From Selaginella moellendorffii (lineage: Eukaryota > Plantae > Lycopodiophyta): a stretch of DNA of 64,000 nt. The notes under the pieces are model-generated. The model saw nothing but the letters and a program-made list of their open reading frames with translations. It was not told where the DNA came from and did not search any database. Each line of letters begins with the position of its first letter. Positions within the stretch are counted from its first letter, which is position 1. Of this stretch, positions 24,601-37,050 are shown piece by piece. The position numbers were made by a program, and so were the translations under genes. The DNA lies in NCBI RefSeq assembly GCF_000143415.4, contig NW_003314358.1:320731-384730 (forward strand). Direction: 5' to 3'.

Positions 24601-26741
24601 GGTCAGGATGGTAACTGGAGACAACATAACAACTGCCAAAGCCATCGCCGTAGAATGCGGAATTTTGACAAACGGAACTGCGATTGAGGGCAAGGATTTT
24701 AGAAACATGTCGCCAGACGAACAATATGAAATTCTTCCGGCGATACAAGTAAGTGGTTGTGCTCAACTTTCAGTTGACAAAATCCAAAATCTCACCAGGT
24801 TATGGCACGGTCATCTCCAACGGATAAGCATACTATGGTCAAGAGATTACTGGAAATGGGGGAGATTGTAGCAGTGACAGGGGATGGAACCAATGATGCT
24901 CCTGCTCTTCATGAGGTACTCTGCTTGGGACACTTCCATGGTTGTTTGTTTGAGCAAACAGGCATTTGCCACTAGGCATCCATTGGGCTTTCAATGGGAA
25001 TTACTGGTACAGAAGTTGCAAAAGAAAGCTCGGACATTATTATTATGGACGACGATTTTGCATCGATAGTGAAGGTAAAGATTGTAAGACTTCCCTTCGT
25101 TCTAACTAAAGTCGACCCTCGTTTGAACAGGTCGTGAGATGGGGGCGCGCTGTTTATGCGAATATTCAAAAATTCGTGCAGTTCCAGTGCACTGTCAATG
25201 CTGTTGCCTTGATGCTAAACTTCATATCGGCGCTGTCCGAGGGTGCAGCTCCTTTGACAGCCGTTCAAGTGAGTGAGATGCTAGAAATGCCTCATTGTCT
25301 GTACTTACCAAAGCTTTATTCCAGCTGCTATGGGTGAACCTGATCATGGACACATTAGGGGCTCTTGCATTGGCAACTGAACCTCCTAATGACGCTGTCA
25401 TGTATAGGCCTCCGATTTCAAAAGAGTATGATACTAGTCTCTTTTTTTTTTTTTTGGAAAAAAAAAATTGTTTTCGCTGATCTTCCATGTTTTTCTTAGA
25501 GCACCGCTGATTAACAATATCATGTGGCGTAACATTATGGGTCAAGTATGGTTATATACTTTTTATGCAAATCTTTCTCTGACTTGACTTTACTTCCAGG
25601 GAATGTATCAGTTAGCTTTGCTCTTAGTTTTGAAGTTCAAAGGGATTGAAATACTCAACCTGAAGGACGATCCTGTAATTTCTAGTCACCACATATTTTT
25701 TTACTCCGTAATTAACGTTTTTATATTTTTTCTGATAGAATGCACCACCGCCTCCACCACGCAGTGCGCATGCTAAGCCCGAGGGTGCAGCTCACGAGAA
25801 ATTGGTTTGTATCATTTTTAACGCCTTCGTTTTTTGCCAGGTAAGACGCTATTTTCCATTCTTTTTCGTGTTGTTTCTGACACAGCTTTCACAGGTTTTT
25901 AACGAGATGAACGCCAGGAATCCTGAAAAAATTAACGTTTTCAAGGGTTTTACAAGCAATCGTTTGTTCATGGGTGTCATTTTGTTTACAGCCATCGTTC
26001 AGGTTGTCTCTTTTTCCTCCAGTGCCTCTACTCATGCCTCTTCTTTCAACAGGCGCTGCTCGTTGAGTACGGTGGAACTATAGTTAGCACAATTCACCTC
26101 GAGTGGAACCATTGGATTTTGTGCGTTATCCTAGGTGCCATAAGGTGAGTATCTCCGGAAAGTCATTGACTCTCTTCGTGAGACTTGTGCGTTGCTTGCT
26201 GCAGTTTGCCGCTGGCAGCCCTTGTCAAGCTAATACCCATCCCCGACAGGCCATTCGGCGAGTACCTCATCTTCTGGCGGCGAAAGAAGCACAGGAAACA
26301 AAAGCTCCTCACGCGCAGTGGAAGTAAGTTGAGTGACCATTCGCTCTTCTCTCTGGGCCTGAGCGTCTTTGGTTTTTTTTTTTTTTTTTCTCGTGAGCAG
26401 GATCCATCAAGGGAATTATGTTCAACCGGCCTCCCAGCGCCACCACGGGAGCGCCTCCCGCTCCAAAAAAGTTTTATGACACGGCCGGGATCGATGCGCA
26501 AGGCGTGCCCGCGGGGCCTCCTCGGCGGCTCTCGGATCTGGCGAGACGGCCTTCGGCGGAGCGGAGGAAAGAGTCGCTTACGGGTGCGCTGAGCGCTCCC
26601 ACGGTGACCACGGCCTCCACCACCGAGGGAGGCGTTTTGACGAAAGTGCTGGGCAGTCCTCCCGAGCCCGGCGCTGCGACGGAGCAAGCGCCACTGCGGA
26701 GGAACAGTCAGGCATGGGCGGAGGAGGCTCCCACGTCCTGA
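21671..26741 (+). CDS. P2B-type Ca2+-transporting ATPase (ACA/PMCA family), about 30 short exons, atypical termini
   Basis: [92 protein letters not shown] and FNEMNAR. The start at 21671 is inferred from a GT-AG intron (~21765-21822). Confidence 0.92.
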
Positions 26742-27741
26742 GTTTCGTGAGTTTGAGCGTATAGACAACTTTGCTGTACAGCTTTCTTTTTTTTCTCTTT
26801 CTAGTTCCTCACTGTTGTAGTACAGCAATATCCATATGGTTGTTAAAGTAGAAAAAAGAGTAATTTTCAACAAATCTAGATTTACACATAAGTAGAATTA
26901 TTACTAAAGGTTTTTTTTTTTTTTTCTCAGTTACATTGAGAATGTTTACATGGCTATCAAGAAATAATTATAACTATTATTATGAAAGATAAAAGATATT
27001 GTTTAGCTAAGTAGAGCAATCTTCTTATTTTCTTTTTAATTAGCTTTGCATCATATAAGATTTACATGGTCCTTTATAAAAGAGCAACATTATTTTTTAT
27101 AAATATTTCTTTATCCACTCATGGTCAAGGACATTTTCCAGAGTAAACCTCCTTCCGGGATCCAATTCCATCGTGCCTTGGATAAGCTGCCTTGCAGAAT
27201 GGGATGGAATGCTATCCCAATCCATGGAATTGTGATGGAAATTCCTTGTACTTCGATCTCTCTTGTGTGCATTCTTAAATACCACCTCCAAATCTAGATT
27301 TGGGAACAGACAAGTTCCCATAAGACAAGTGTAAAGCAGCATCCCTAAGCCCCACACATCGCTGCCTGCGATATAGTGCCCATCGAGCATTGCTTCGGGG
27401 GACATATAATCCCACGTCCCAACCCCACGCTCGTTCCACAAATCCTCCATCCAGCAAGCCATCCCAAAGTCGGACAGCTTTGGGACATAGAACTTCCCAG
27501 GTTGCGGGTACTTCAGCAAAACATTCATGGGCTTCACATCGCAATGGATGATCTCATTGTCATGAACCCTCTTTAGCGTCTTGGCGAGAGCTATGACGAT
27601 CTTTGTAGATTCTTCCTCATCAAGCTGCCCCTTGTACTTGATCCGGTCTTGAAGGCTGCAATTGCACAGCTCAAGAACAAGGTGGTACACCTCCCCATAC
27701 TGATTGGGCTCTTCTCGTATAATGTGCTCGAAGTGGACAAG

Positions 27742-28205
27742 TGTTGCTCCTCGCGACAACACACCAGCGACGTGGAGAATCACTGCTGCCTAGCCTCGTC
27801 TCTAGCCTCGTCAGCAACCTCTGCTCTAACCTTTGCCAACATCCTAACCTAGGGCTGCCCACAAGTTGGACAACTCACACAGATTGGTTGATCTTGAGCG
27901 ATTCTCGCTGTGATACGCTCCTCGAACAACCGTAGTCGCCGCTGCGCTGCCAACCTCCGCTCCACGCACTCCAAGGCTGTTGGACGAGGCATCCTTCAAG
28001 ACCTTCTCTTTAATTCACTCCCTTCCCTTCTACACACATGCTATGCCTCCAATTGGCCGTCCCCCCTATCGTCAACCTCTGGCACCAAGGGACGCACCCT
28101 ATTTTCAGCAGAATATTCCCTTATTCCCCCCACTATAACCAAAAAGAAGGAAAAAACCCCGACTTGGACCAAGTCTTATTCTTGAGCTGGCTCTGGCCCT
28201 CGACA
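27742..28205 (-). repeat. 3' LTR
   Basis: Direct repeat of 35270-35734. By eye it differs by about 13 substitutions and 1 indel. Confidence 0.95.
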
Positions 28206-28217
28206 TCACCCCGGCAA

Positions 28218-31200
28218 CTATTGTGCTCCGTCCCCGGAGCACTCCTCGCCAGATGGAACTTGGTAGCACCGCAGTCGAGCTCCGTTCACCGGTGTGGGCA
28301 AAGGATTACCAGCAAAATCCTCCAGCTTGACTGAGCCATTGATATTCACAGCCTTCACACGATAAGGCCCAATCCAGTGGATCTTAAGCTTTCCCGGACG
28401 CTTCCAGTACTTGCTCTCATACAGCAGCACGAGATCTCCTTCCTGAAAACTCTTAGCCCGTAAATGACGATCATACCACTTCTTGCGTTGACGTTGGAGA
28501 ACTTCACGGGCTTGGAAAGCAAGGAGGCGAGTCTCATCTAGCTTCTCCAACTGCTCCAGCTGCTGCTGAACAGCTCCATCCCAATCATAATTGTGAGCTA
28601 CCGCTGTCCGCAAAGAAGGAACTTCCAGCTCGAGAGGAAGGATCGCCTCCTGGCCATAAACCAATTGAAATGGTGAGAACCGTGTAGTTACCTTGTAGGC
28701 AACCCTGTAAGCCCATAACGCATCAAGAAGCTTGGTATCCCAGTCGCTAGCACTTGCGTTGCAAAGCTTAGTCATGGTGTCGCATAGTGTCTTATTGGTT
28801 CTCTCAACTTGGCCGTTTGCTCTTGGATGATATGGCGTCGAACGTCGATGGGAAATGCCATACTTGGCTGTGAGAGCTGCAATGACCGCATTAATAAAAT
28901 GCGTACCTCGATCACTCACAAGCTCAAGTGGGCATCCGAAGCGCGTGATGATATTCTTGTAGAGGAATCCTGCTACCTTCTCTGCCGTGTCCTCAGTAAA
29001 AGCCTCAGCTTCCACCCACTTGGTCACATAGTCTGTGCAGACCAAGATATAACGATTCCGGCGATGTCGCATAGGCTTGAACGGCCCCATGAAGTCGATT
29101 CCCCACTTCTCAAAAGGTAGAGCTGGAATAATCGGATGTAACGGCATTGCATCTCGTCGAGTAGGACGCCCAACATGCTGGCATGGATCACAACTTCTCA
29201 CAAATTTCGCCACATCCTGCTAGAGCGTTGGCCACCAATAACCAGTTTGGAGCACAAGCCGTATAGTCGCTGCTGCTGCATAATGCCCACCGTAGGGAGA
29301 ATCATGGCAAGAGCCAATCACCTGCTGCACCTCATGAGGAAGAATGCAGCGCCTCATAACACCATCTCTTCCCTCCTTATAAAGCTGGCCAGCAATCAGG
29401 GTGAAAGCTCGTGACTGGAAAAGAAGCCTTTTCTGTGCCACCTTCGGCATATCATCAGGAAATCTGCCAGCAGCCAGAAACTCTGCAATACCTTGATACC
29501 ACTCCGGCACAGCTACAACCTGGTATAACAGTAGCTCCTCAGCTTCTGCTCGAGTTGAGAACATAGCTGGAATTTCTGCAGAAACCTGCCCGCCCTCCAA
29601 CAAGAAAAGAGGAGCATTAGGCAGCTCATCATAAACTCCTTCCCTAGCAGGTTCTCCTGGTAATCTCGAAAGATGATCAGGCATTACATGAGATTTTCCC
29701 GGCTTCAACACGATCTCGAATTCGAATTCTTGAAGCAGAAGCAACCAGCGAGTGATTCGGCCGTGTCGACAGGGCTTATTGATAAGATAGCGCAGCGCCT
29801 GGTGATCCAGATAGAAGAGGAATGGCTTTCCCAGCAGATAGTGGCGATATTTGGAAATAGCGAATACCATTCCCAAGCCCTCACGTTCAGTGGCTGTATA
29901 ATTCTTCTCAGCCAAAGATAACTGCCTGCTCGAATAAAAGATGGGATGATCCCAACCATTAACTGGCTGGCATAAAACAGCACCAATAGCAAAAGCTGAG
30001 GTGTCGACATGCACATGAAATTTCAAATTCCAGTCTGGTGGCTTAAGAATTGGAGCGGTCGTCAAGGCTCGCTTCAACTGTACAAAGGAAGCTTGGCACT
30101 CAGGGGTCCACGCAAAAGGAACGTTCTTTTTCAAGAGGCCCGTCAAAGGAAAAGCTACATCAGCATAATGCCGGATAAAGCGTCGGTGATAACCAACATG
30201 GCCGAGAAAAGCTTGTAGCTCCCTCACGGTCTGTGGTGCCTCAAGCTCTTCCACTACGTTCACTTTTGCAAGATCCACCTCCAAGCCTCGAGCCGAGACG
30301 ACCCTGCCAAGCAACACGCCGTGCGTTACTCCGAATTGGCACTTCCCAGGATTAAGAGAAATACCAAACTTTCGGCATTGCTGGAACACTGCACGGAGTT
30401 GCTCCAGATGTTTTCCACAGCTTCCAAAAGTTGAGAAGTCATCCAAGAAGACTTCCACACTCTCATGAAGAAGAGATCTGAATGCTGAAGTCACCACACG
30501 TTGGAAAGTAGCTGGTGCGTTCGTCAAACCGAATGGCATAACACGAAAAATATAGCAACCCCACTCTGTAACGAATGCCGTCTTTGCTCGATCCTCAGGA
30601 GCCACCTGGATCTGGTTATATCCACTATAACCATCCATAAAGCTGTACAACTCCTTCCCTGCGACCCCATCTAGCACGACATCTGTGAAAGGAAGAGGAA
30701 ATCCATCCCGCCTCGTTGCAGCATTAAGGCGGCGATAATCCACGCACACTCTAAGTTTTCCATTCTTCTTCCGGACCACTACAATTGGCGAGAGCCAATC
30801 TGTAGCCTCCACTTCTTCAATAAATCCTGCATCCAACAGCTTCTGAAGCTCTTCACGCACAGCCTTAGCATAGCTTGGATTCATCTTATAAGCTCTTTGC
30901 CGCTGTGGCACCGCATCTGGAAGCAAGGGAATCTTGTGTTGCACCAGCTCCGGATCTACTCCAGCAAGTTCAGCATAGCTCCATGCGAACACATCTCGAA
31001 ACTCCAAAAATAGTTGACGATAAGCTTCCACCTCCTCCTTGGTGAGTTGGTGTCCCACCAGTAACTCACGTCGCTCGTCACCAACCTGCTCCATAAACAC
31101 AGCCTGTGTCTGGGGTGCCTTTCCAAAATAATCTGAATCAACTTGGGAACAAGCGGAAGTCTCCTTGAGTGGAAGATCGGCAACCTGCTCCTTAAAAAAA

Positions 31201-34200
31201 TAGCTGGGATAATTTCCTGCTTCCAAATTAGCTGTTGGCACCACGTCCACGGAAAGTTGATGACCAGCTAGATCTTGAGGTCCATTCCTGATCTGAATTA
31301 GCTGAGTTGGTGATGACTTGAGCATACTACGATCCTTGCATGCTGTCACTTCCTTGCTTTTTAACCTTGAAGCCTTCTCAACTTTCAGCATGTAAGAAAA
31401 GTGATAATCAAACGCACTGATATCAGACAAGATGATTGTCCGATATCGATGATTATCATCTTCCACCACCAGAGTACTAGTCACATAGTTGTGACTAGCC
31501 TGTACCTGGAAAAGCCAAGCTGCTCCCAAAGTAATTGGTACGCTGGTCACAGTGCCCTCGATCACATAAAAAGGCACCTCGTGAAAGTCTCCCTCACCAA
31601 TCACCATGTTGGAACTCACGAGACCCAGCACTGGAAAAACTCCACCATCGGCACAAACGGCAATGTAATGCTCAGGAAGAGCTGTAATCGCCAAGCTTGC
31701 TCGAGCTGCTCCATTTTTTGTCAAAAAGTTGCCAAGTGCTCCTGGATCCACCATTGCTGTGAGTTCCACATTCTCCAAAGATGCTGTGAGATGCATCGCT
31801 TTGGTTCCTCCCATCCAGACCTCAGAACTGTCCACTGTCTGGAACGCCACTGCCATTGGCACAGCTTGATTTTCAGCTCTTGATTCCAACACCATGATAA
31901 AAACTTGCTCTCTGGGCTCGTCCCCTTCTTCCATGCCGATCTGCACTCTGTCACTGCCATGTGGATTTGGAATCCACAAGTGAAGCGGATCATTCCACTG
32001 ATGAGACACTCTTGCTGCCTTTAAGAAATCTTGTCCCAGCAGGATATAGTTGTCCATTTTCCAAGGTGCCACCAGAAAATCCAAGTCGACTGGAAATTCT
32101 GGTATCTTGATTGTCAAACCTGGAACTCTATATACTATCCGCTTCAACTCCCCTGCTCGCATAGCCCAACATGGCTGCTCCACTGGAATAGCTTCGAGCT
32201 GGCAAGTGGCAACTAGTTCCTCGCTCAAAAATTTTTTCCACACATCAGGATTCAAAATGCCGTCCATCCACTTCTCGTGTAGCACCGTAGCGATGTAGCG
32301 AGGAAAAGAGCTCCGTCCTCGCCACTGTCTGGCACCAGTCTCTTCTTCCACCACCTGTACGCTGCCGAAAGGCAACTCTCCATCCTTTCCCCACAGCCAG
32401 CTCTCAAGCTCCGCAGTGTTGCATGCTGAAAGAGGCTTACCCCAGGAATTCTTGGTGATAGCAGCCACATCCACCATTTCTAGCTCCTCACAACTGGCTG
32501 TGCTGCTGCTATCCTCCTCATCGTCCTCACTGCTTGTCTGGCTACTAGAATTGGATGTATCATAGCTGTCTTCATCCTCCTGTTCTGCCCCAAATACTCG
32601 CCGTGCCCTAGGGCGAAAATGAACTTGGACTTTAACACGATTATTGCCATCGCCAATGGCAAGAATTCCTGTACGCCAATTATGCACAGCTGCCGCCTGG
32701 AGAAGCCAAGGACGTCCGAGCAGCAGTGGATAGCCCAACATGCCCTCCTTCATCCTCAAAACCACGAAATCGATGTGGAAAACTAGACCAGCAATCTGAG
32801 TGCGAACACTGGTCACGATTCCTCTTGGCTGGACACGTCTCTGGTCGGCCATTTTAACCATAAATGGCACTGGAACTGGTTCTGGAAGATTGAACTTTCG
32901 CCAGGTCTCCTTAGGCAAAATATTCACCCCACTTCCACCATCAATCACAGCACGATGGATCAACTCGCCTTGCGTCTCCACATCTATACAGGGGGAACTG
33001 AGATCTGTGATAAGGGGCCAAGCTGAATTAACCAGTACTTCTCGATGTCCCTTCATGGCCACGGCCAACACCTTCCTCATGCCTGGAGCCAATTGCAAAA
33101 GCTGGGCGAATGTGATGTTCGGGCGTTGACTATCCAAGTCTTGAAGAATATTGTATGGCTGCGTTTCCAGATTCAGCACTCGTTTCCACTTTTTACGTAG
33201 TGCCTTGGCAACTCCCTGGCCCTTGTCAAGAGCCCTAGCTGGGGTAGTTATTTCAGAATCAGGGACTGGTTTATCTTGGTCATTTGTAGCCGGTGGATCT
33301 GATTTGGGTTGTTTGCTCTCTCTTTTCTCCTTGCGGTTCTTTCTTGCAATTTTCTCTGGGTCATCCTTCTCCTCAGCATCCTCAATTACAGAGTTCTCCA
33401 TCTGTTGACGCCTCCGTGCCTGTGTCATAACTCCAGATTCTGGTGTAGCTTGCTGGACAAAAATTGCATTGCTTTCTACAACCCCCTTTCCCTTGCTTGG
33501 CTTGAGCTTATGCGGGCAATTGTCCTGCTCGTGCAAACCTTGTGTCTGACAGATTCCACATATGGGCTGGTACCCAATTTGCTTCTTGGGATGTGGACAA
33601 TTTGGTGAAATGTGGCCCATCTCATGGCAATTCCAGCATTGAACAGGTCCTCTACGGGGAGCTCCTCGTCCACGGCCGCCTGGAATTGGTGCTGCTGCAT
33701 ATACTGGAATCATATCTGGCGTATACCCCTGAATCACTGGCTCATAGCTCATGGTCTGGACTGGAGGAGAAAACGAGCGTTGAAAGAAGGTCGGTGCTCG
33801 AGCCGAAGATGGTGGTGATGATGGCGCAGTCTGGATGTAACTTGCAGGGATTGCTGGATTTCCTGGCTTGTAAAAACAATCCTCTGAGCGATGATTAGTT
33901 CGCCGGCAATACTGACACTTCTCTCGATTCACCACTGGCTGTGGACACTCATTTGGGTAGTGTCCATAATTGTTGCATCGCACACACCAGATGTTTTCTC
34001 GCTGCCGCACGGGCTGTGGCCTGCTCTATACCCCTCTGACCCAGTTCAATTGCAAGTCACTCATCTTTTTTGTCATGGCTTCCACCATGTCTTCCTTTAT
34101 TTTCTTCATCTCTGCTTGGATGTCCACTGTAGTTGCCGTTGGATTTGGAACTGCACTTGTTGAAGCTTGCCATTGTTGCTGTTGTTGGCGGCTATAGTCC

Positions 34201-35156
34201 ATCATCCCAAGACCTGTTCCAAAGACTCCAAAAGGCTGCTGTCCAGTAGGTATTTGTTGTTGCGGTGTGCTTCCGAGTCCTCCCATCATGGGATTCATCA
34301 TTCCATCGCCGAAAGCTCCCAGTCCAAGATTACTGAAGTGGTGTCTCATCTTGAGCTGCGCTTGCTCCCAGGTTCCCGCCAGACGAATTGCATCGGCCAA
34401 AGTTTGTGGATTATGGCACGAGACATAAAAGCTAACCGCATGAGGCAAGCCATTTGTGTAATACTGTGCTTGCTCTTCTTCTGTCAGTTGTGGCTGCTTC
34501 TTGAGGATCAATCCCTTGAACCTTAATGTATAGCTTTGTAAACTCTCGCCAGGCAAGAGTTGAAAATGACTCAGATCACTCATGAGTCGCTGTGAAAAGC
34601 CTACTGGCCGAAAGGTAGCCAAAAAGGATGCTCTCAATGCTGCCCAATCTATCGCTGCTGGAACTTGAGCCATCCATTCTGCAGCTATGCCCTGTAACGT
34701 GGCTGGAAAAAGTTTCCTGCGATCTGCTGCATCTGCCTCATCATTTGCTGTAGACGTATTCTCAAACGCCGTCACATGGGCATCTGGATCTCCCATACCA
34801 TTAAAGATGGTATACTTCATTTTTGTCGTTGCCATATTCCCTGCTTGTTGCTGTCGAGGTTGTTGTACTTGTTGGATTGGTGGTTGCTGTTGCTGCTCTA
34901 TTGGCTGTTGTCGTGGCGGTGACGACTGGAACTCCTGCCACTCGTCTTCTTGTTCCTGATTGTTCTCCTGCTCGCTAACAGGATTGCTTGGCCGAGGATT
35001 TGCACTCCTCGCTCTTGGACTCTCAGGCTCATGAACCAGTGGCAGATTTCTCGCAAGAATTCTTGCCTCTCTCTCACGTCTCTGCTTTGTTCGTCTTTCC
35101 TCTCGCTCTTGTGCTTCTACAAGTCTTGCCAAATACTCTTGTCTTCTTTGGCTCAT
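28218..35156 (-). CDS. Gag-Pol polyprotein in one reading frame, interrupted by two in-frame TAG codons (34026-34028 and 29220-29222)
   Basis: Gag capsid-like (FNGMGDPDAH..LQGIAAEW), CCHC knuckles, protease-like domains, RT (LRVCVDYRRLN, MPFGLTNAP, FLDD), RNase H (VDTS..EREGL..DHQAL) and integrase (HHCC, IDF..SDRG..GQVE, GPY). No chromodomain. Confidence 0.93.
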
Positions 35157-35246
35157 ACACCAAGAAGGAACGGCCTCGATTTGGTAAGGGCAGCCCGGCT
35201 TCTCCTGGCGCTCACCCTTCTACCACAATCTCCACGCTCGCTTCGC

Positions 35247-35264
35247 TTCCCGGGCAGTGCACCA
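35247..35264 (-). other. Primer-binding site, probably tRNA-Gly-like
   Basis: Minus strand reads TGGTGCACTGCCCGGGAA, 5 nt after the 5' LTR. The plus strand ends ...TTCCCGGGCAGTGCACCA, resembling a tRNA-Gly 3' end. Confidence 0.6.
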
Positions 35265-35269
35265 AAAGA

Positions 35270-35734
35270 TGTCGCTCCTCGCGACAACACACCAGCGACG
35301 TGGAGAATCACTGCTGCCTAGCCTCGTCTCTAGCCTCGTCAGCAACCTCTGCTAGAACCTCTGCCAACATCCTAACCCAGGGCTGCCCACAAGTTGGACA
35401 ACTCACACAAATTGGTTGATCTTGAGCGATTCTCACTGTGATACGCTCCTCGAACAACCGTAGTCGCCGCTGCACTGCCAACCTCTGCTCCACGCGCTCC
35501 AAGGCTGTTGGATGAGGCATCCTTCCAAGACCTTCTCTTTAATTCACTCCCTTCCCTTCTACACACATGCTATGCCTCCAATTGGCCGTCCCCCCTATCG
35601 TCAACCTCTGGCACCAAGGGACACACCCTGTTTTCAGCAGAATATTCCCTTATTCCCCCCACTATAACCAAAAAGAAGGAAAAAACCCCGACTTGGACCA
35701 AGTCTTATTCTTGAGCTGGCTCTGGCCCTCGACA
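35270..35734 (-). repeat. 5' LTR
   Basis: Runs TGTCG...CGACA and is followed on the minus strand by the PBS. Confidence 0.95.
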
Positions 35735-36119
35735 ACAAGCCCCTGCTCATCCAAACCCTTGAGTGACACCTCTAGCATAGCCATCACTCGAGCTTCAAAC
35801 AGCCCATCAGGCCCATGGACTGTCTTGATCGCAAACAGCTTCCCATCACTCCTTCGAAATGCCTTATACACCGTAGCTTGCCCTCCACCCCCAATCGACT
35901 TTTTTAGTCTATATTTCTCTACCAGCACTAAGTATTCCTCACAGAGTTTTTCATCCAAGATTGAATGGTACTCCATCCCTTGCCTAAGCTTCTTGTGCAT
36001 ATCATTCTGCAAGTTATGTTTGCACTCTCGCTTAACCATCTCAAATGAGCTCTTAGGGCTTGTTTGTAAAGGTGGAATCTTCACTTATATTTTTAAAGGT
36101 ATCATGTTTAAGTGATAAC

Positions 36120-37050
36120 ATTTACTGGAATGGAGCTCTGCGCGATCAGAGTCCATACGCTGCTGCTAGCGGCGCTCAAGGTATGCGCTAGAACAAAGGG
36201 TCGGCAGGGAGATCCTCCAAGAGGTTTGGAGAGGAAAAAAACATCTACATCGCCAGCGCTCTCGTGGCCATGTACGCAAAATGTGGCTGCTTGGAGAGGA
36301 TTTTCCAGGGGATGGAGCAGTGAGACGTGGTTTTCTGGACTGCGCTCATTGCAGGCTACGTCCAGAATGGAGCTCCGGAGATGGCACTGGATTTGTTCTC
36401 GCAGATGGAAACAAGTGGCTGCGATCCAAGCGGCCCCGCTCTCCAGGCCCTTCTCAAGGCTTGCGTGATTCTGGACGAGTGAGAACGAGCAGGGAACGAT
36501 AATGGGAAGTTCTTCGCGGGGAGGATGAAGTTTCTCGAGAGAACCGTGGCAATCCAGGCCTGCCAAGAGCTCAGATAGCATGCTCTCGTGGTACGCTCGT
36601 TTGGCAACTTTGTCTCGCGGATGCCTATGCCAAGTGTGGAAAGCATGAGAGACTCTCGGCGAGTTTTCGATGGGATTGAGAACCACGACGTTGTTTCCTG
36701 GACGATGTTATGGGATATGCTCAAAACTGGCAGGAAGATTTGGCTCTGGAGCTCTTCTCGCAGGTGGAAGCTACTATAATCAATACGGATAGCTTGAGTT
36801 TTCTCGCGGCTGTCAAAGCTTGCTCTAGTTTGGCTGTGCGAGAGGAGATTGATGCGTCGTTGGCTGTGAAGATCAAGAGCTTGGAACGAGCCATGGCGAT
36901 TCACTCTCATGCATCTCGTGGCTTCAAGTTGGAAGCGAGGAAACATTTACACTTGGCAAACGTGATGGTGGACTTGTATGCCAAGTGTGAAAGTCTAGAA
37001 GATGCTCATAGGGTGTTTGATTTGATGGAACAGCATGACATCATTTTCCA
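36120..37050 (+). pseudogene. PLS-class PPR gene fragment, frameshifted
   Basis: Pieces such as AALKVCA, WTALIAGYVQNG, RRVFDGIENHDVVSWT and VDLYAKCESLEDAHRVFD occur in changing frames. Confidence 0.8.

Larger units (their letters stand above)
27742..35734 (-). mobile_element. Full-length Ty3/Gypsy LTR retrotransposon (non-chromovirus, Athila/Selgy-like), about 8.0 kb
   Basis: Two ~465-bp LTRs with TG...CA ends, a 5-bp TSD ACAAG (27737-27741 and 35735-35739), a PBS, and gag-PR-RT-RH-INT order. Confidence 0.97.
27097..36084 (-). pseudogene. Intronless CAMK/CDPK-like Ser/Thr kinase (non-RD, HCD) split by an LTR retrotransposon; N-lobe 35735-36084, C-lobe 27097-27741
   Basis: Removing the element and one TSD gives a continuous frame: GGGGQATVY..AIK..DEQGLVHFEHIIREE..HCDVKPMN..DFG..GTWDYMSPE..DVWGLG. 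Confidence 0.88.

Noticed and set aside
19627-26741. Head-to-head CDC50/ALIS and P-type ATPase as a flippase subunit pair
   Set aside because: The ATPase is a P2B Ca2+ pump (PEGL motif), not a P4 flippase, so the adjacency is probably coincidental.
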